NCBI GenBank assembly: GCA_028534125.1 | Contig: CM052817.1 | Location: 101,124,001-101,188,000 of the forward strand | Origin: Lama glama | Lineage: Eukaryota | DNA length: 64,000 nucleotides | Reading direction: 5' to 3' | In this document: positions 50,540 to 62,480 of the stretch, one piece after another | Position numbering within the stretch: position 1 is the first letter of the stretch | How the letters are laid out: every line of letters starts with the position of its first letter | Program-made: the position numbers and the translations under genes | The notes under the pieces: model-generated | What the model was told of the DNA's origin: nothing | What the model saw: the letters and a program-made list of their open reading frames with translations, nothing else | Databases searched by the model: none

Positions 50540-50658
50540 AGGGGAGGGTCTAGCTCAGTGGTAGCGTGTGTGCTTAGCGTGTACAAGGTCTTGGTTTCAA
50601 TCCCCAGTGCCTCCATTTAAAAAGAAAGAAAAAGAAAGAAGAAAGAAAGGAAAGGAAA

Positions 50659-50742
<84 letters not shown>

Positions 50743-50757
50743 GAAGGAAGGAAGGAA

Positions 50758-50819
<62 letters not shown>

Positions 50820-50903
50820 GAGGGAGAAAGAAAGAAAGAGAGGGAGAAAGAAAGAAAGAAAGGGAGAAAGAGGGAGGAAGGAAGGGAGGAAGGGAGAAAG
50901 AAA
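50540..50903 (+). mobile_element. tRNA-derived SINE with (GAAA)n-expanded tail
   Basis: SINE head at 50540-50617, then ~285 bp of GAAA/GGAA. TSD GAAAA(T/C)AGGACAAGT at 50524-50538 and 50904-50918. Confidence 0.92.
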
Positions 50904-53900
50904 GAAAACAGGACAAGTGAACTCTGCCAGGAGCCAGGCAGATAGAAGGGAGAAAGGAAGGGAGGTGTCTCCACCTCCTCCTCCTCCTCCTCCTCCTCCT
51001 CCTCTCTCATCTACCGATGGTGTCTCCTGCCAACCCGACCCAAATCGGAGCCTGGAGCAGGGAGCCCGAGGGATGTAGCCCCGAGATGCCAGCCTCCCAG
51101 GGCAAGCGGCAACAGCACAGAAAATGGATCTGAGGAAGCAAAGGAGAATACACATGGCCAATGGCTTCTACGTGCATAAGAATTTGACATTTTTCTGTCA
51201 TTTACATATTCAGTGGTACCTCCCTCAATCTGAAGAGGTTCTTTACAACCTCATTTTATGGCACTTTATTTCCACTGGTTCTACCCCCAAAAAACAGGGT
51301 TTTTTCCCTCTCCTTCCCCAACCCCTCTCCCTATTCTGCTCCAATTCTTGTTATGGTTTACGCCTATACCCAGTATGATTGCAAATGCTGAAAACTTAGA
51401 AGGAAATGGACAAACAGACAAGTGCACCTTTCTAGAATATTTCTCCCCTCCCCCACCTTCAGTATGTTCTCAAGGGCCTGCCCACGATGCTGGTGCCTAT
51501 GGAGAGTCAGGAAGGGAAGGTGGAAACAGACAGCCAAGTGAGAGACTGGTTGAGAAGGACACAAGGACGAAGGCTGGGTTTTGCAGTAGACCTCACAGCC
51601 ACGGTGCCTGCCCTCTGCTTCTGCATGACCATGGAGCTACTCACTGAATCAGGTAGTGTTTATTGAATATATAATTTATGCCCAGCCCAGCCTACAGGGA
51701 TCTCATAGTCTGGATTCTACTGGTTCTCACATGATACAGAAGCCCCCGGTTAGCACACAATGAGATAAACTTTCTGGAAGAGACAAAGAGACATACCGAA
51801 GACACAGAGGGAGCCCAGATAGGGCGCTGAGAAGTGAGGGAGGGCTTCCTAGTTGACTCCTAGGAACTTAGTGTGAGGCCAAGAGACTGACAATGAAGGA
51901 AGAGGAGGGGGGACAGGGGGCCACACCTGGCAGGAGAACTCACGCAAAGGCACAGAACAGCAAGATGGATGTGGGGCTGATTCTGGAAGGCTGGGGCAAA
52001 GATTGCGTAGGAAGCCCTGGAGAGGAGGCTCAGAGGAGGAGGCAGGTCCCAGGGTAGGGAGGCTCTGAGAGAGGACTTACACTTTATTCTGAAGGCCACA
52101 GAACCGCCGCCAGTTGCTGGGAGTCTCTGACCTGGCAAACACCGTTTTAAAAACAGCTGGTGGGGGTGGCAGTGGTGTGGAGGCTGGATGGAGTCTGAGG
52201 AGTTGGAAGGTTCGTACAGTGCACTGGGCAGCCGATGGGAAAAACCTGACCTTACACAGTGGCAGGAAGAGGTGAGAAACAAGGAATGTCATGGTCTATA
52301 AAGGGAGGCAGGGGGAGATGGCTTCCAGAAACATCCGCTCCAGCGTCTGCCTCGAGTAACTCGGCTTTTCTGTTTGCATAAAATTGCTCTGTGAATTTTG
52401 CTCCCTATTTCAGTTAAATTCAACATGGAGAGGGGAGATAACTCTTTCTAGATGAGTATCTCTTCCTTCCGGAACATGATGGTCTCAGATACAAGTCTCT
52501 ACTGGTAGCAGAGAGATGACACAGGGCCCTGAGGGCTGGTTCTTGGCAACACTGAGTCCCAGGAGACTTTTGCTGAAGGAGACGCAGAAGCAGCACTGGG
52601 GCCCAGTGCCCCCTGCACCTGAGTCTGCGCTGTGCGGATGCCTCCACCCAGGAGAGCTTAGAGTGGGTGCCCATGCAGATCACTGCCTCAAGTAGGCGAA
52701 AGAAATCCTGGTGGTTTTGTTTTAACCATCTTCCATTCTAAAAGATGACTTTCTTTTAAAATTCTCCTGTGCGTTGATGTGGAGCAGCTAAAATTAAAAC
52801 ATGTTCCACAGACCAACTTAGCAAGCTTACCTGGTTTATCACTGACTGACTGGGTGTCTGACCCCGAAGTTTAGCCCTCTGCCCGGGAGGCTGGACGTGG
52901 CCTCTGTTTGTAGAAAAGAACTAGTTTGGAATGAGTGTTTCTGCTCACCACTGTCTTGGGAGCTTCTTCTAAATATCATGCGATGTCTCACGTGGGCTGT
53001 TTTGAGCCGTTACAGTCCCAATTCACAGGGGTTTCCCACCTGTAAACTCTGAGACTGAGTTTAGATGAGCCGACCTTTGAAACTGGAAGGTTGATTTTGG
53101 AAGCATCAATTTAATTTCTGTTTCAGTTACAAATAGTAACATTAAAGCATATAGCTGAGGATCTGGACAAGACATGTTTTTCAGAAACCTAACTGATGAT
53201 GAAATATTTTCGTGCCATAGTACATTTCTTTGCAGGAAGTAGAAAAAAATGTAAAATCATTGAAGAAAAACTTTAAGATCACATATCAATACAGTGTGCA
53301 TGTGTTCAAGTGTGTTTATTTTAATGCAATTCCAACAAAATTTGGATAAGATAATCATGAGAAAAGACAATTTTGAGATTGGGGCTTTCAAAATGAGAAA
53401 TTTTGCATTTTTAAAGGATAAAGTTATTCTCCTAAAGGAGCCTTCAGAGAGAAAGGTGAAGGAACATAAGACCCTTAGCTCACGGTATCCAGCTGCTGAG
53501 TTAGAATCTGCAAGTCAAAACTGCCTGCATCTAATTCTCAGAGCAGAGAAGAAAGCCATGAGAGATTGCCTAGAGGAGAAATTTTAAAGATTATTAGACC
53601 TTCCAGCTGGGCCAAGGGGTGGCTGCGTATGTTGAAGGACACAGGCTGCAGAGTTGGTGTCTTTCGGAAGATTGAAATCATGGCAGGTCTGGAAATGGAT
53701 GCCCAATTCCATTTCACTGGCATCAGAAAAATACATCAGCTCTCACACTGTCACAGGGAGAATGAATTGTGTCCTGGCCACGTTCGGAGGCATTGCTTTG
53801 AGAGTCTTATACTTCAAGATAAGGTCTAAACAAACTCCAGCTGTGAAAGCAACATGAACAGATTCTAAACTGTACCTCATCTGTTCAGTTCCCATCATGT

Positions 53901-54819
53901 GACACGCAGTTTGTACAATTTTATTTATGCACCTGGAGAGGGGGAAGATTATTAGAAATTTCTCTGAGTACACCAGGAGCAGGGAAAACAAGCAAGGAAA
54001 CGAAGTGGGACATGCGCAAACACGCAGAGTTGATGTATCTAAGGCAGCTCTGAGGAAGGCGGACACGCGTGATCCCAGCAAGCACTACGACGGAGACGAA
54101 ACCCGCATGAGCTGCGGCCACTGTCCACTTACTGTGTAGCTGGGACTGTACGACACCGCGACACGAGACAAGCATACACATGAGGGCAACCACATAATTA
54201 CCAGCACAGAGCAGCCTGTGCTCTGCATACAACCTCCTCCTCTTTTGGAACCAAAACCGCACAGTAAGGCATGTCAGGTAACTCGACGAATTGATGACAC
54301 AGGCTTTAAAGTTATTTAAAAATAGCCTTTTGTATTTCACTTTTTCCCTTTAATTTTTTTCCTGAAACAACAGGCAAGGGACCTGTGCTGCAGGCTTTCT
54401 CCATATCGAGGCAAAAACATGCGACAGTTAAAGTGTCCCCTGCTCCCCTCCATCTGCCGTGCCGCCCCCGCCCCGGCCTGCTGGCCACTCATGAGTGTGT
54501 ATTCAGTCAGTCCTGGGCAGAAATCTGACAGCTGGGCTTGCGGTTCTTTCTTTGAGAGAAAGTTTCCCAAAACACTAAACCTGAAACTTGAAAAAGAGAC
54601 TTAGTGTGTCTGCCACCTCAAGCCTCTTGCAGATCACGTCCCAATATCCTCCTTTCCTCCAGCGTGTACAACGTCCCAGTTAAAGCAGTTCTCATCTGGG
54701 CACTGCAGGCTTGGTAACGGGGCTCGTAGAGGTGGTGGAGGGGGCTCTGGTCGGCATCTCATTTGGGCCACGGGGGGGAAGCCTTGGTGACTCTGGCAGG
54801 GTGGGCTGGGGGGGTGGGG

Positions 54820-54919
54820 NNNNNNNNNNNNNNNNNNNNNNNNNNNNNNNNNNNNNNNNNNNNNNNNNNNNNNNNNNNNNNNNNNNNNNNNNNNNNNNNN
54901 NNNNNNNNNNNNNNNNNNN
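54820..54919. other. Assembly gap (100 N)
   Basis: Run of N. Confidence 1.
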
Positions 54920-55204
54920 AATAAGTAACAGAACAGCCCTCGTGGGGGGCTCTGCAGGATGTTTGACATTTTGGTTAGAGATGATTGACTTTAGAAGGGC
55001 AGATTTCAAGATCTGAGAATCTGAAAAAGAAACTAGTCAAAAAAAAAAAGGGGGGGGGAGCTTCTCAGAAATAAAATTCCACGCAGAGAAGGAACCTATT
55101 GTTAGAGAAAGAGACGGTGTCTCTAAAAGCCTGCTGGCCTCCTGCTGGTTCTGCCCCCATGGTCGTCCTCTCACACCCAGGCCCCCAGGATCTGTTCTCC
55201 CCCT

Positions 55205-55335
55205 GTTTTTTTTTAAAATATATATGTATATATTAAATTGAAGTATGATCAATTTACAGTGTTATGTCAGTTTCTGGTGTACAGCATATGCTTCAGTCAA
55301 ACATGAACATACATATATTCATTTTCATACTCTTT
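55205..55335 (-). mobile_element. Short 5'-truncated L1 3' tip
   Basis: 'attgaagtatgatcaatttacagtgttatgtcagtttctggtgtacagcat' after a T-run. 'tgttctcccc' is repeated on both flanks. Confidence 0.85.
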
Positions 55336-55349
55336 GTTCTCCCCTCTTG

Positions 55350-55735
55350 CTTCCCCATAGAGACCATGGTTGTATCTGGGCACAAGGTTGCTCAGATAAA
55401 GACCAAACTTTCTCACCTTTCTTCCAGCTAGGTAGGGCCAGGCAACTATGTGCTGGCCAGTGGGATGTAGGTGGAAATGTGTGAGACTTTTAAGATGCAA
55501 CCTTAAAGTGTGGGGCGAGCCCTTCTCTTTCTTCTCTTTCTGGATGGGTAAAATTCTGACATAATGACTGGAGCCCATGCAGCCATCTTGAAGCAATGAG
55601 GTGAGGCCTCATATTGAGGGTAGTGGAGCAAGAGAGAAATCCGGATCCCTGAAGCCTCCGCCGAGGCATAAACTGCCTGTCTTTGGTCTTCCTTACATGA
55701 GACCACTGCTATTTAGGATTTTATCCTAAACTGCT
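55350..55735 (+). mobile_element. Old MaLR LTR (MLT1H/I-like)
   Basis: 'gactggagcccatgcagccatcttgaagcaatgagg', 'ttctttccagctaggtagggcc'-like segments. Confidence 0.55.
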
Positions 55736-56669
55736 GTCAGGAGGCCTAGGATATGGTCAGCTTCCCTTCCTCATCAGCTGCCAAAGCTAGACCCACCATC
55801 CCTTTGGTTTCCCCTCTCCCTCACATCACCTGCTGAGTAGATGGTCTTAAAGCTCAACTTTTGTCTTGTTGCTCCCACAAATCTGCATTTATTCCCTTGG
55901 GGTTGAGGCTTGTTATTGGCAAATCACCAAGAAAGCCAGATGAGGGTCAGACATACGCAATTATGAAGAAATTCCAGAGGCTCCAAACATTTCAGCCCTG
56001 CCATCCTCACAAGGGACACTGAGGCACTGGCCTCTTGCTCCCACCCACTCTGTTCCCTACCTCCCACAGCCACCCCTTCCTCCAGGCACTGGGGTTGGGG
56101 GGAGCTGATCTGGGAGTGATGAGTCCAGATGCTGGAGGCAAAAGTGACGGCACAGGTGTCATAGACGTGCTGACCTCTACTCGTCACAGATAATTCATGT
56201 CTCCAGGGAATCTCAGATGAGCGCTTTAACTTCAGTGAAATATTTTCTCCTCTAACGAGTCACTCTCAGGTGCTTTCTCACACTGACTCAAGGGGAGATA
56301 CACTTTAAAGGAGGCGCTCAGAACAGAACGGTACTGAGGAGGGCATGGGCCCCCCAGCTGAAGGGGCTCTTGCTAACTCAGCTGCCCAGAGCAAGCCAGG
56401 GGACAGAACAGGGCCATCTCAAGCCCAGACGTCACTAAGGAAACTGGGGCCTGTCTTCGGGGAGATGTACCCACACTTCAGGGCCACAGCCTGTCGAGCA
56501 GAACCTGGGTATGTTTCAGTGCCCCTGGCGCCCTGGCCAGACGCCTCTGCACAGCGGACACCTGTCTCCTGTCCTCTGCGGGTGGCACCTGCGTGAGGCA
56601 GTCGGGAGGGCTGTGGAGCTCACCTGGGCTGTCCCTCTGGCCAGGTCAGTGGCTGCCACACGGGGGTGT

Positions 56670-56815
56670 GGGCCTAATGTTGCCAGATGGTCCAATTTCT
56701 CAACAGAAGCTGAGGATCCTGACTTTAAGGGGAACTCCCCTGATTGAGAAATGCAGGTGACTGTTTCAAATATTTTAAAACACCAAGTGGCCCCAACAAA
56801 ACAATGAATGGCCTC
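56670..56815. mobile_element. MER103-like DNA transposon remnant
   Basis: 'tgttgccagatggtccaatttctcaacagaagc...ttttaaaacaccaagtggccccaacaaaaca'. Confidence 0.6.
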
Positions 56816-57094
56816 TGAAGCAGAAGGTCGGGAAGGCAGGTCCAGAATGTGCTCATGCTCGAGAAGATGGCTCAAGGCGACAGCAGTAGGGTTTTAGGGT
56901 GAAGGGCAGATCAAGAAGGCAGAGGAGGAGGAACGGGCCTTTCGACCGAGAAGTAAACAGTCAGAATGTGGGAATGCTCTGCTTTTTTATTTGGCTAGGA
57001 GGAGGGCCAGAGAGGGTGGACGATGAGAGTGAAGGAAGGTGAGCCAACTTCAGCCTGGCAGGTTCATCAGAGTAAATAACACAGTGCAGACTGT

Positions 57095-57290
57095 CTGCTA
57101 GGCAGTTCTACAGGTTTGAACTCAGTTAATCCTACCAACAGCCCTGTCCGAGGTATTGTTATCATCCCCGTTTTATAGATGCATAAACTGTGGCACAGAG
57201 AGGTTAAATCACTTGCCCAAAGTCACACAGCCAGCAAATGGCGGAGTTGGGATTTGAGTGCAGGCAGTCTGATTCCTGAGTTTTCACCGC
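57095..57290 (-). mobile_element. MIR SINE
   Basis: 'atccccgttttatagatgcataaactgtggcacagagaggttaaatcacttgcccaaagtcacacagc'. Confidence 0.88.
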
Positions 57291-57435
57291 TACTTCCCCT
57301 CAGCCTGAGAAAAACATGCAGACAGAACTCTAGGCTTCTGAGACCACCTGTGGGAATCGTGGAAAAAAGCAGTGAACCAGAAAACTGGAGAACTGGAGAC
57401 AGACATAATGTGTCCTGATTTTTTTACAAAGTTTT

Positions 57436-57646
57436 TTTTGTTATTAGATTCCACATACCAGTGAGATCACCGAACGTATTTTGAAGTTCCTTTACCACGC
57501 TGAATTTTTGTTTTGTGGGATGGTGGGGGGAGTAATTAAGCTTTTTATGTATTTATTATTATTTTTTTAATAGAGGTACCGGGGATTGAACCCAGGACCT
57601 TGTGCATGCTAAGCACATGCTCCACCACTGAGCTATATCCTCCCCC
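57436..57646 (-). mobile_element. tRNA-derived SINE with an extra 3' segment
   Basis: SINE at 57505-57646, extra segment at 57440-57504, T-run, and TSD TTACAAAGTTTT at 57424-57435 and 57649-57660. Confidence 0.85.
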
Positions 57647-57664
57647 TATTACAAAGTTTTAAAT

Positions 57665-58850
57665 AAAATATTTTATTTATACAAAAATATAAATAATGCT
57701 ACAATAATATACTTGTGTACCCACCACAGCTTTAGGAATAAAGGTTTATGGATATGTTTTTGCCTGTGCCCCTCTAAACCCGTTCCTTGTGCCTCCGTAC
57801 TGCAAGTGTTTATACACTTCTGCCACCCCTGTGTGTGTAAACAACTTACCCCATTATCTGGCAAGCTTTTAGACTTTTTGTAAGTGATAGTCTACTTTAT
57901 GTAGCCTTCAGCAAGATCTGTCTCTTTAACCCTGAGTTTTAGATAACCTGTGCAGGTGCGTGTGGTGCACGTTTGTTCATTTTTGGTTCACCTTTTTATT
58001 GAAGCTTAACAACCATTCAGGAAGATTGACAAGTCTTAAAGGTACAGCTCAAGGAATTTTTTACAAAGTGATCGCATTTGTATAACCATCCCTTGGCTTA
58101 AAAAAGATAGGCAGAACGTTACCCTAGTAACATAGATGCCTTCCTTACACGCCCTCTCATGTTCATTCATTTTCATTGTAGAATAGAATTCCACTGCATA
58201 AATATACCACGATTCTTAAATCCATTTCCTTATCAAATATCTAAGTTGTTTGTGCTTTTTCTCCTAATAAACAGTGCTGCTGTGAACACTAGGGGCCATG
58301 TCTCCTTGGGCGGGTGGGCAAGAATTGACCTTGAGTCTACACTGAGGTGCTGTCTTGCTGGGTGCGAGAGGTGAGCCTGTACACCTCCAGCTTAACTAGA
58401 AGTTGCCAGTTGCTCCCCAGAGCCACCCAATTACCACCTCACCACAGCACTCAAAATTCCAGTCCTCTGTGTCCTCCCAGCACTTGGAATGGTCAGACTA
58501 TCAGGAATATTTCCTGATTTAAAGAGTAAGAAATGGGGGGAGGGTAGAGCTCAGTGGTAGAGCGCGTGCTCAGCACGCACGAGTCCTGGGTTCAATCCCC
58601 AGGACCTCCATTAAATAAATTGAATAAATAAACCTAATTACCTCCCCCTACTCCCCCCCAAAAACAACCACAAGAACAAAAAAAAAAAAGAGTGAGAAAT
58701 GACTTCTCATCATGATTTTAATTTGTATTTCCTTGCTGGCAAACGAGGTGGAGTATCTTTGGTACCCGAGTTTCCTCTCGGTTACTTATCCGTGCCCTTG
58801 GCCAGTGCTCTACTGGGTTGTTTATCTTTTTCTGGCTGTTTTAAAGAAGT
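57665..58850 (-). mobile_element. Old L1ME-type fragments
   Basis: 'gttcattcattttcattgtagaatagaattccactgcataaatataccac', 'ataaacagtgctgctgtgaacact'. Confidence 0.65.
58536..58686 (+). mobile_element. tRNA-derived SINE (Vic-1-like), long-tail form
   Basis: Head 'gggagggtagagctcagtggtagagcgcgtgc...gggttcaatcccc', tail 'aataaataaacctaattacctccccc...'. TSD AAAGAGT(A/G)AGAAATG at 58521-58535 and 58687-58701. Confidence 0.93.
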
Positions 58851-61159
58851 CTGGTACACAACCTGGGTCCTACTCCCGTGTCAGTGACACACCAGGGCCT
58901 GCAGGTTTACTCCAAGCTGCAGGATTCCTTTCAGGAGCCGTAGATCCTTGAGTTTGATTTAAAAAAATAAAAAAATCCTAGCAATGTTCTAAAACAGATT
59001 ATTCAATGGATGACTTGTGAGCATTAGAAGTCGTGATCATTGGGAGGGGCCCACATCACCAAAAACAAGTCCTGCCGGCCTCTCAGCTTTGTCTTGGTAG
59101 GGTTTCAACCGTCAACCACCACCATGGGTGACACTCATGAATTATGGGCCACAAAGTACTTTCACATACATCCACTCCCAACAGCCTGAGACCAGACTTG
59201 CCTCATTTTACAGATTGGCAGGGCGAAGCTCTAAGTCAACCAGCAACGGAGAGGTTGAGGAAGAACCATGGCTTGTGGAGGAGCTGAGATTCTTCTGCTG
59301 GGAATTCAGCAAGGCCCTTGACCTTGGCCTTGTCCAACACAAGAAAAGCAGGCTAAGTCCCCGATGTTAGGTTCGGTTACTAGGTTCTGCGAGCATCAAG
59401 CCTATGGGGGGTTTCTGGAGTCCTGCACTTGGGCTCTGTCCTGAGCCCATTCAACATGCTCACCAGTGTCTTTAAAGAGGGCAGAGACTGAATGCAAATC
59501 ATCTTTGTAAGTAGCTTGAAACTGAATTAGGATAAAACAAATTCTTAACAGATGGGCCAGTTTGAGCCAAAGGCAGATCCCTGGAGACACACAGAAAGAG
59601 GTCTGTCCAAATCTTCCCTCCTCCCCTCCTTGACTTCAAAGACCCAAGCAGAGAGGAGACCCAAGCAGAGAGGGGTTGTCCCCACGGGTCCAAGAGAGGT
59701 GAGAGTATCTTGTTGGGGAGGGATGGAGCAGAGGATCCAGAGGCTAAATCTAAACCCAAGAAGAGTTCATTCTGGCAGGAGCAGTGCCAGAAAGGGCATC
59801 TGAGGCCAAGGGCCAGGAGGGGATGGGGGGAGCTAGAGAGGAGTGGGAACCAGGCTGGGAGCAGGGAGGGGCCTGGGAGGGTCACTGCCCCATCCCGCAA
59901 GCAGCCAGGGTTACCCTCAGAGGAGTGAAGGCGGAGGGTCCTGGACTCCCTTAAAGGTACCGGATGCAGGGAGCAGGTTTTAGAAGAAAACATAATCAGC
60001 TGCACACGTGGAAGCCACTCACCCGGGACATTGTAGAAAAGGTCCGTAGAGCCAGAGCACTCCGCTCATTCAAACTCCAGATCCTCTGATTTGGAGCTGG
60101 AGCGATAGCACAGCATCAAGTTCAAGGAGCACCTGGCATGTGCAGGAGGATCAGAGGGCCTGAGTTGTGCCGGGAAGCAGTGTCGCTTCCATCGTGAGCT
60201 GAAGGAAGCTCAGAAATGCCTTTAAATAGTCTCCTCAGAGAAAGGAAGAGAAAAAAACACCTGACGTTGCTATTAGAAATAATTTTCTTTCTTTTTTCCC
60301 CTCAGCTTACAAAAGTGATAAACATCACATTGTCACTGTCATTTGGGGAAAATAGAGTAAAGCAGGAAGAAAATTAAGATCCGCACACTCCGCTCCACAA
60401 AGGATGCTGTTACTGTTTTTGTGCAGACTAGTCCTAGACGTGCGCTTGCCGGCAGATAAACTTGCGTTGGTCTGTTTGGCCAAACTGGGATCCTATTGTA
60501 CGTTTTGGAACCTGATTTTTTGCACTTTACTATTTATTGTATTTTTCCCATATTCTTCAACCACGTATTTTCTAATGGTTGCAAAGCTTTCCATTGTACG
60601 CGTGTATCATAATTGATGCAACAAACCTGATTGTTAGAGATACATTAATATAAGTCTTGAGATACGACCTGGACGTGAATTTAGCCAAAGGAGCCCAAAT
60701 GCTTCAGCTGTGCCCTTGGGAGATGCTGTTAAAAAGCTGTAAAGCCAGCTGCGTGCCAGAGCGGTCCCCCAGGACCACCGTCAAGCTGAGCGAGAAGCAG
60801 AGCCCCTGCCCCGCAGCCGGCCCCCTCCACCCGCCCCCGGGACTCCGGGCTGCAGACTGGGTCCCGTGAGAAGTCCGAGCCTCCAGGCAGTTGTCCCTGA
60901 CTTGTCCCTGCTCCAATCTCCACCTCCCCAGAATGGACCCACCACCGCCCTCACCGCACCATGGGCTCTGCTGTGATTGGCAGATTCCACACCTCCAGCC
61001 CCTCCCTTCAGGGTCCCCAGCATCCCTGTGTTGACTGGAACCAGACTGATCCTCTCCCCTAACACTGCTTCCCTTGAAACCACCACCCCTCCATGGCCAT
61101 TTCCAAATTATCTCTCTCTCTCTCTCTTTTTTTTCCTTTAAAAATTACATTTTATTTGA

Positions 61160-61860
61160 AGGTTGTGTCATCTAGCTACATCACGGCCCCACTGATCAAG
61201 GTCATCGATGGCTTCCATGTTGTCCAACCCAACTTCATCTGATATAGCCATCCTGGCAGGTGCAACAAACATGGCGGCCCACTTCCTCTCCTTGAATCAC
61301 TCTCATCTCTTGTTTTCCCTGAACCAATAGCCTCCAAATTTTCCTCCTGTCCCACCAGACACTTCTGACCGGTCTCCTTCACCCTCTGCCTGATCTCTAC
61401 ATGTGCCCTCTCACTCTTCTCCATCCATTTCTTTTTCCCAGGTGTTTTCATCCATGGCTTTGAACACCATCCATTCACCGATGACTTCCAAATCTAGTCC
61501 TTCATTCATTACCACTTTTTTTTTCTTTTTGGTTGGGGGAGACAATTAGGTTTATTTATTAACTTACTTTTGGAGGTGCTTCTCTGGATTGAACCCAAGA
61601 CCTTGTGTGTGCTAGGCATGCGCTCTACTACTTGAGCTATACCCTCCCTATTCCTTCATTCAAATATCTCTAATGTCCATACTCTTACACTCATCCAAGT
61701 ACCAGCCTCGTACCTCCCTCAGGTATTTCAGGCGCATCTCCAACTTAACATTTCCTAAATGTTACCCTCGATTCCCATGCCCTGCGCCCAACCTATTTCC
61801 TCCATCAGGTCCCAGAAAATAGTACCAGCCTGTGTAGCTCCAGCCTGACAGCTAGCAGCA
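61160..61860 (+). mobile_element. L2 fragment containing a SINE
   Basis: 'caaggtcatcgatggcttccatgttgtccaacccaac', 'catggctttgaacaccatccattcaccgatgacttccaaatct'. Confidence 0.75.
61515..61648 (-). mobile_element. tRNA-derived SINE (Vic-1-like)
   Basis: 'ggattgaacccaagaccttgtgtgtgctaggcatgcgctctactacttgagctataccctccc'. 'tccttcattca' flanks both sides. Confidence 0.88.
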
Positions 61861-62099
61861 TCCTTGTGGGAATGCCTCTGGAGATTAAGTCCAAGAAGAG
61901 GAAATGCTGAGTCAAAGGCTTGTGCCAGTCCTTCCACGGGTAGAGTCTCTGACATGCATTCATCATGAATAACAGATGAGGCTTTGAAGCTCCTGACTTC
62001 ATCATCTCTGGGATGAGTTATGGCAATTGTTTTTGAAGTAGGTAGTTTCCTTTACCTGGAAATCTTCCCCTCTCTGAAGCCGTTGGTTGAATCTGCTGG

Positions 62100-62480
62100 G
62101 GATCTTAGATGTGAGCAAAGGACACCAACTTCAGCTGATTCAAGTAGAAAAGAAATGTACTGAAAGGATGCTGGGTACCTCGCGGAGAGCCAAGGAGGAA
62201 TGAAAGCTGTGGGAAGACGGGAGCCCCAAGGCCAAACTCAGCCAGAATCACGCCCCAAACATGACTGTGAAGAAGGTTCTGCCCACACCACACTCTGGAC
62301 ACGGTCACGGCTCTGCTGCCATCATGGCCCTTGACTGAAAATGGTCCCCTCTTCCCTGACTCTGCTTCACTCACTCAAGGTTCAAGGTCTTCAGTAGGTG
62401 GATTGGCCTGGCTGAGCCTGGGTTGGGCCTGCGTCCTGGCTTCCCAGTTGCTAAGAAAGGGCATGTGGGTCATTTCAACA
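62100..62480 (-). mobile_element. Old MaLR LTR (MLT1K-like)
   Basis: 'atcttagatgtgagcaaaggacaccaacttcagctgattcaagtagaaaagaaatgtactgaaaggatgctggg', 'gattggcctggctgagcctgggt'. Confidence 0.5.

Noticed and set aside
53294..54340. Cluster of 60-139 aa ORFs
   Set aside because: No recognisable homology, overlapping on both strands, no consistent exon structure.
58536..58610. tRNA genes (this and the other tRNA-like heads)
   Set aside because: Diverged, A-tailed, often TSD-flanked and dispersed, so they are SINEs rather than tRNA genes.
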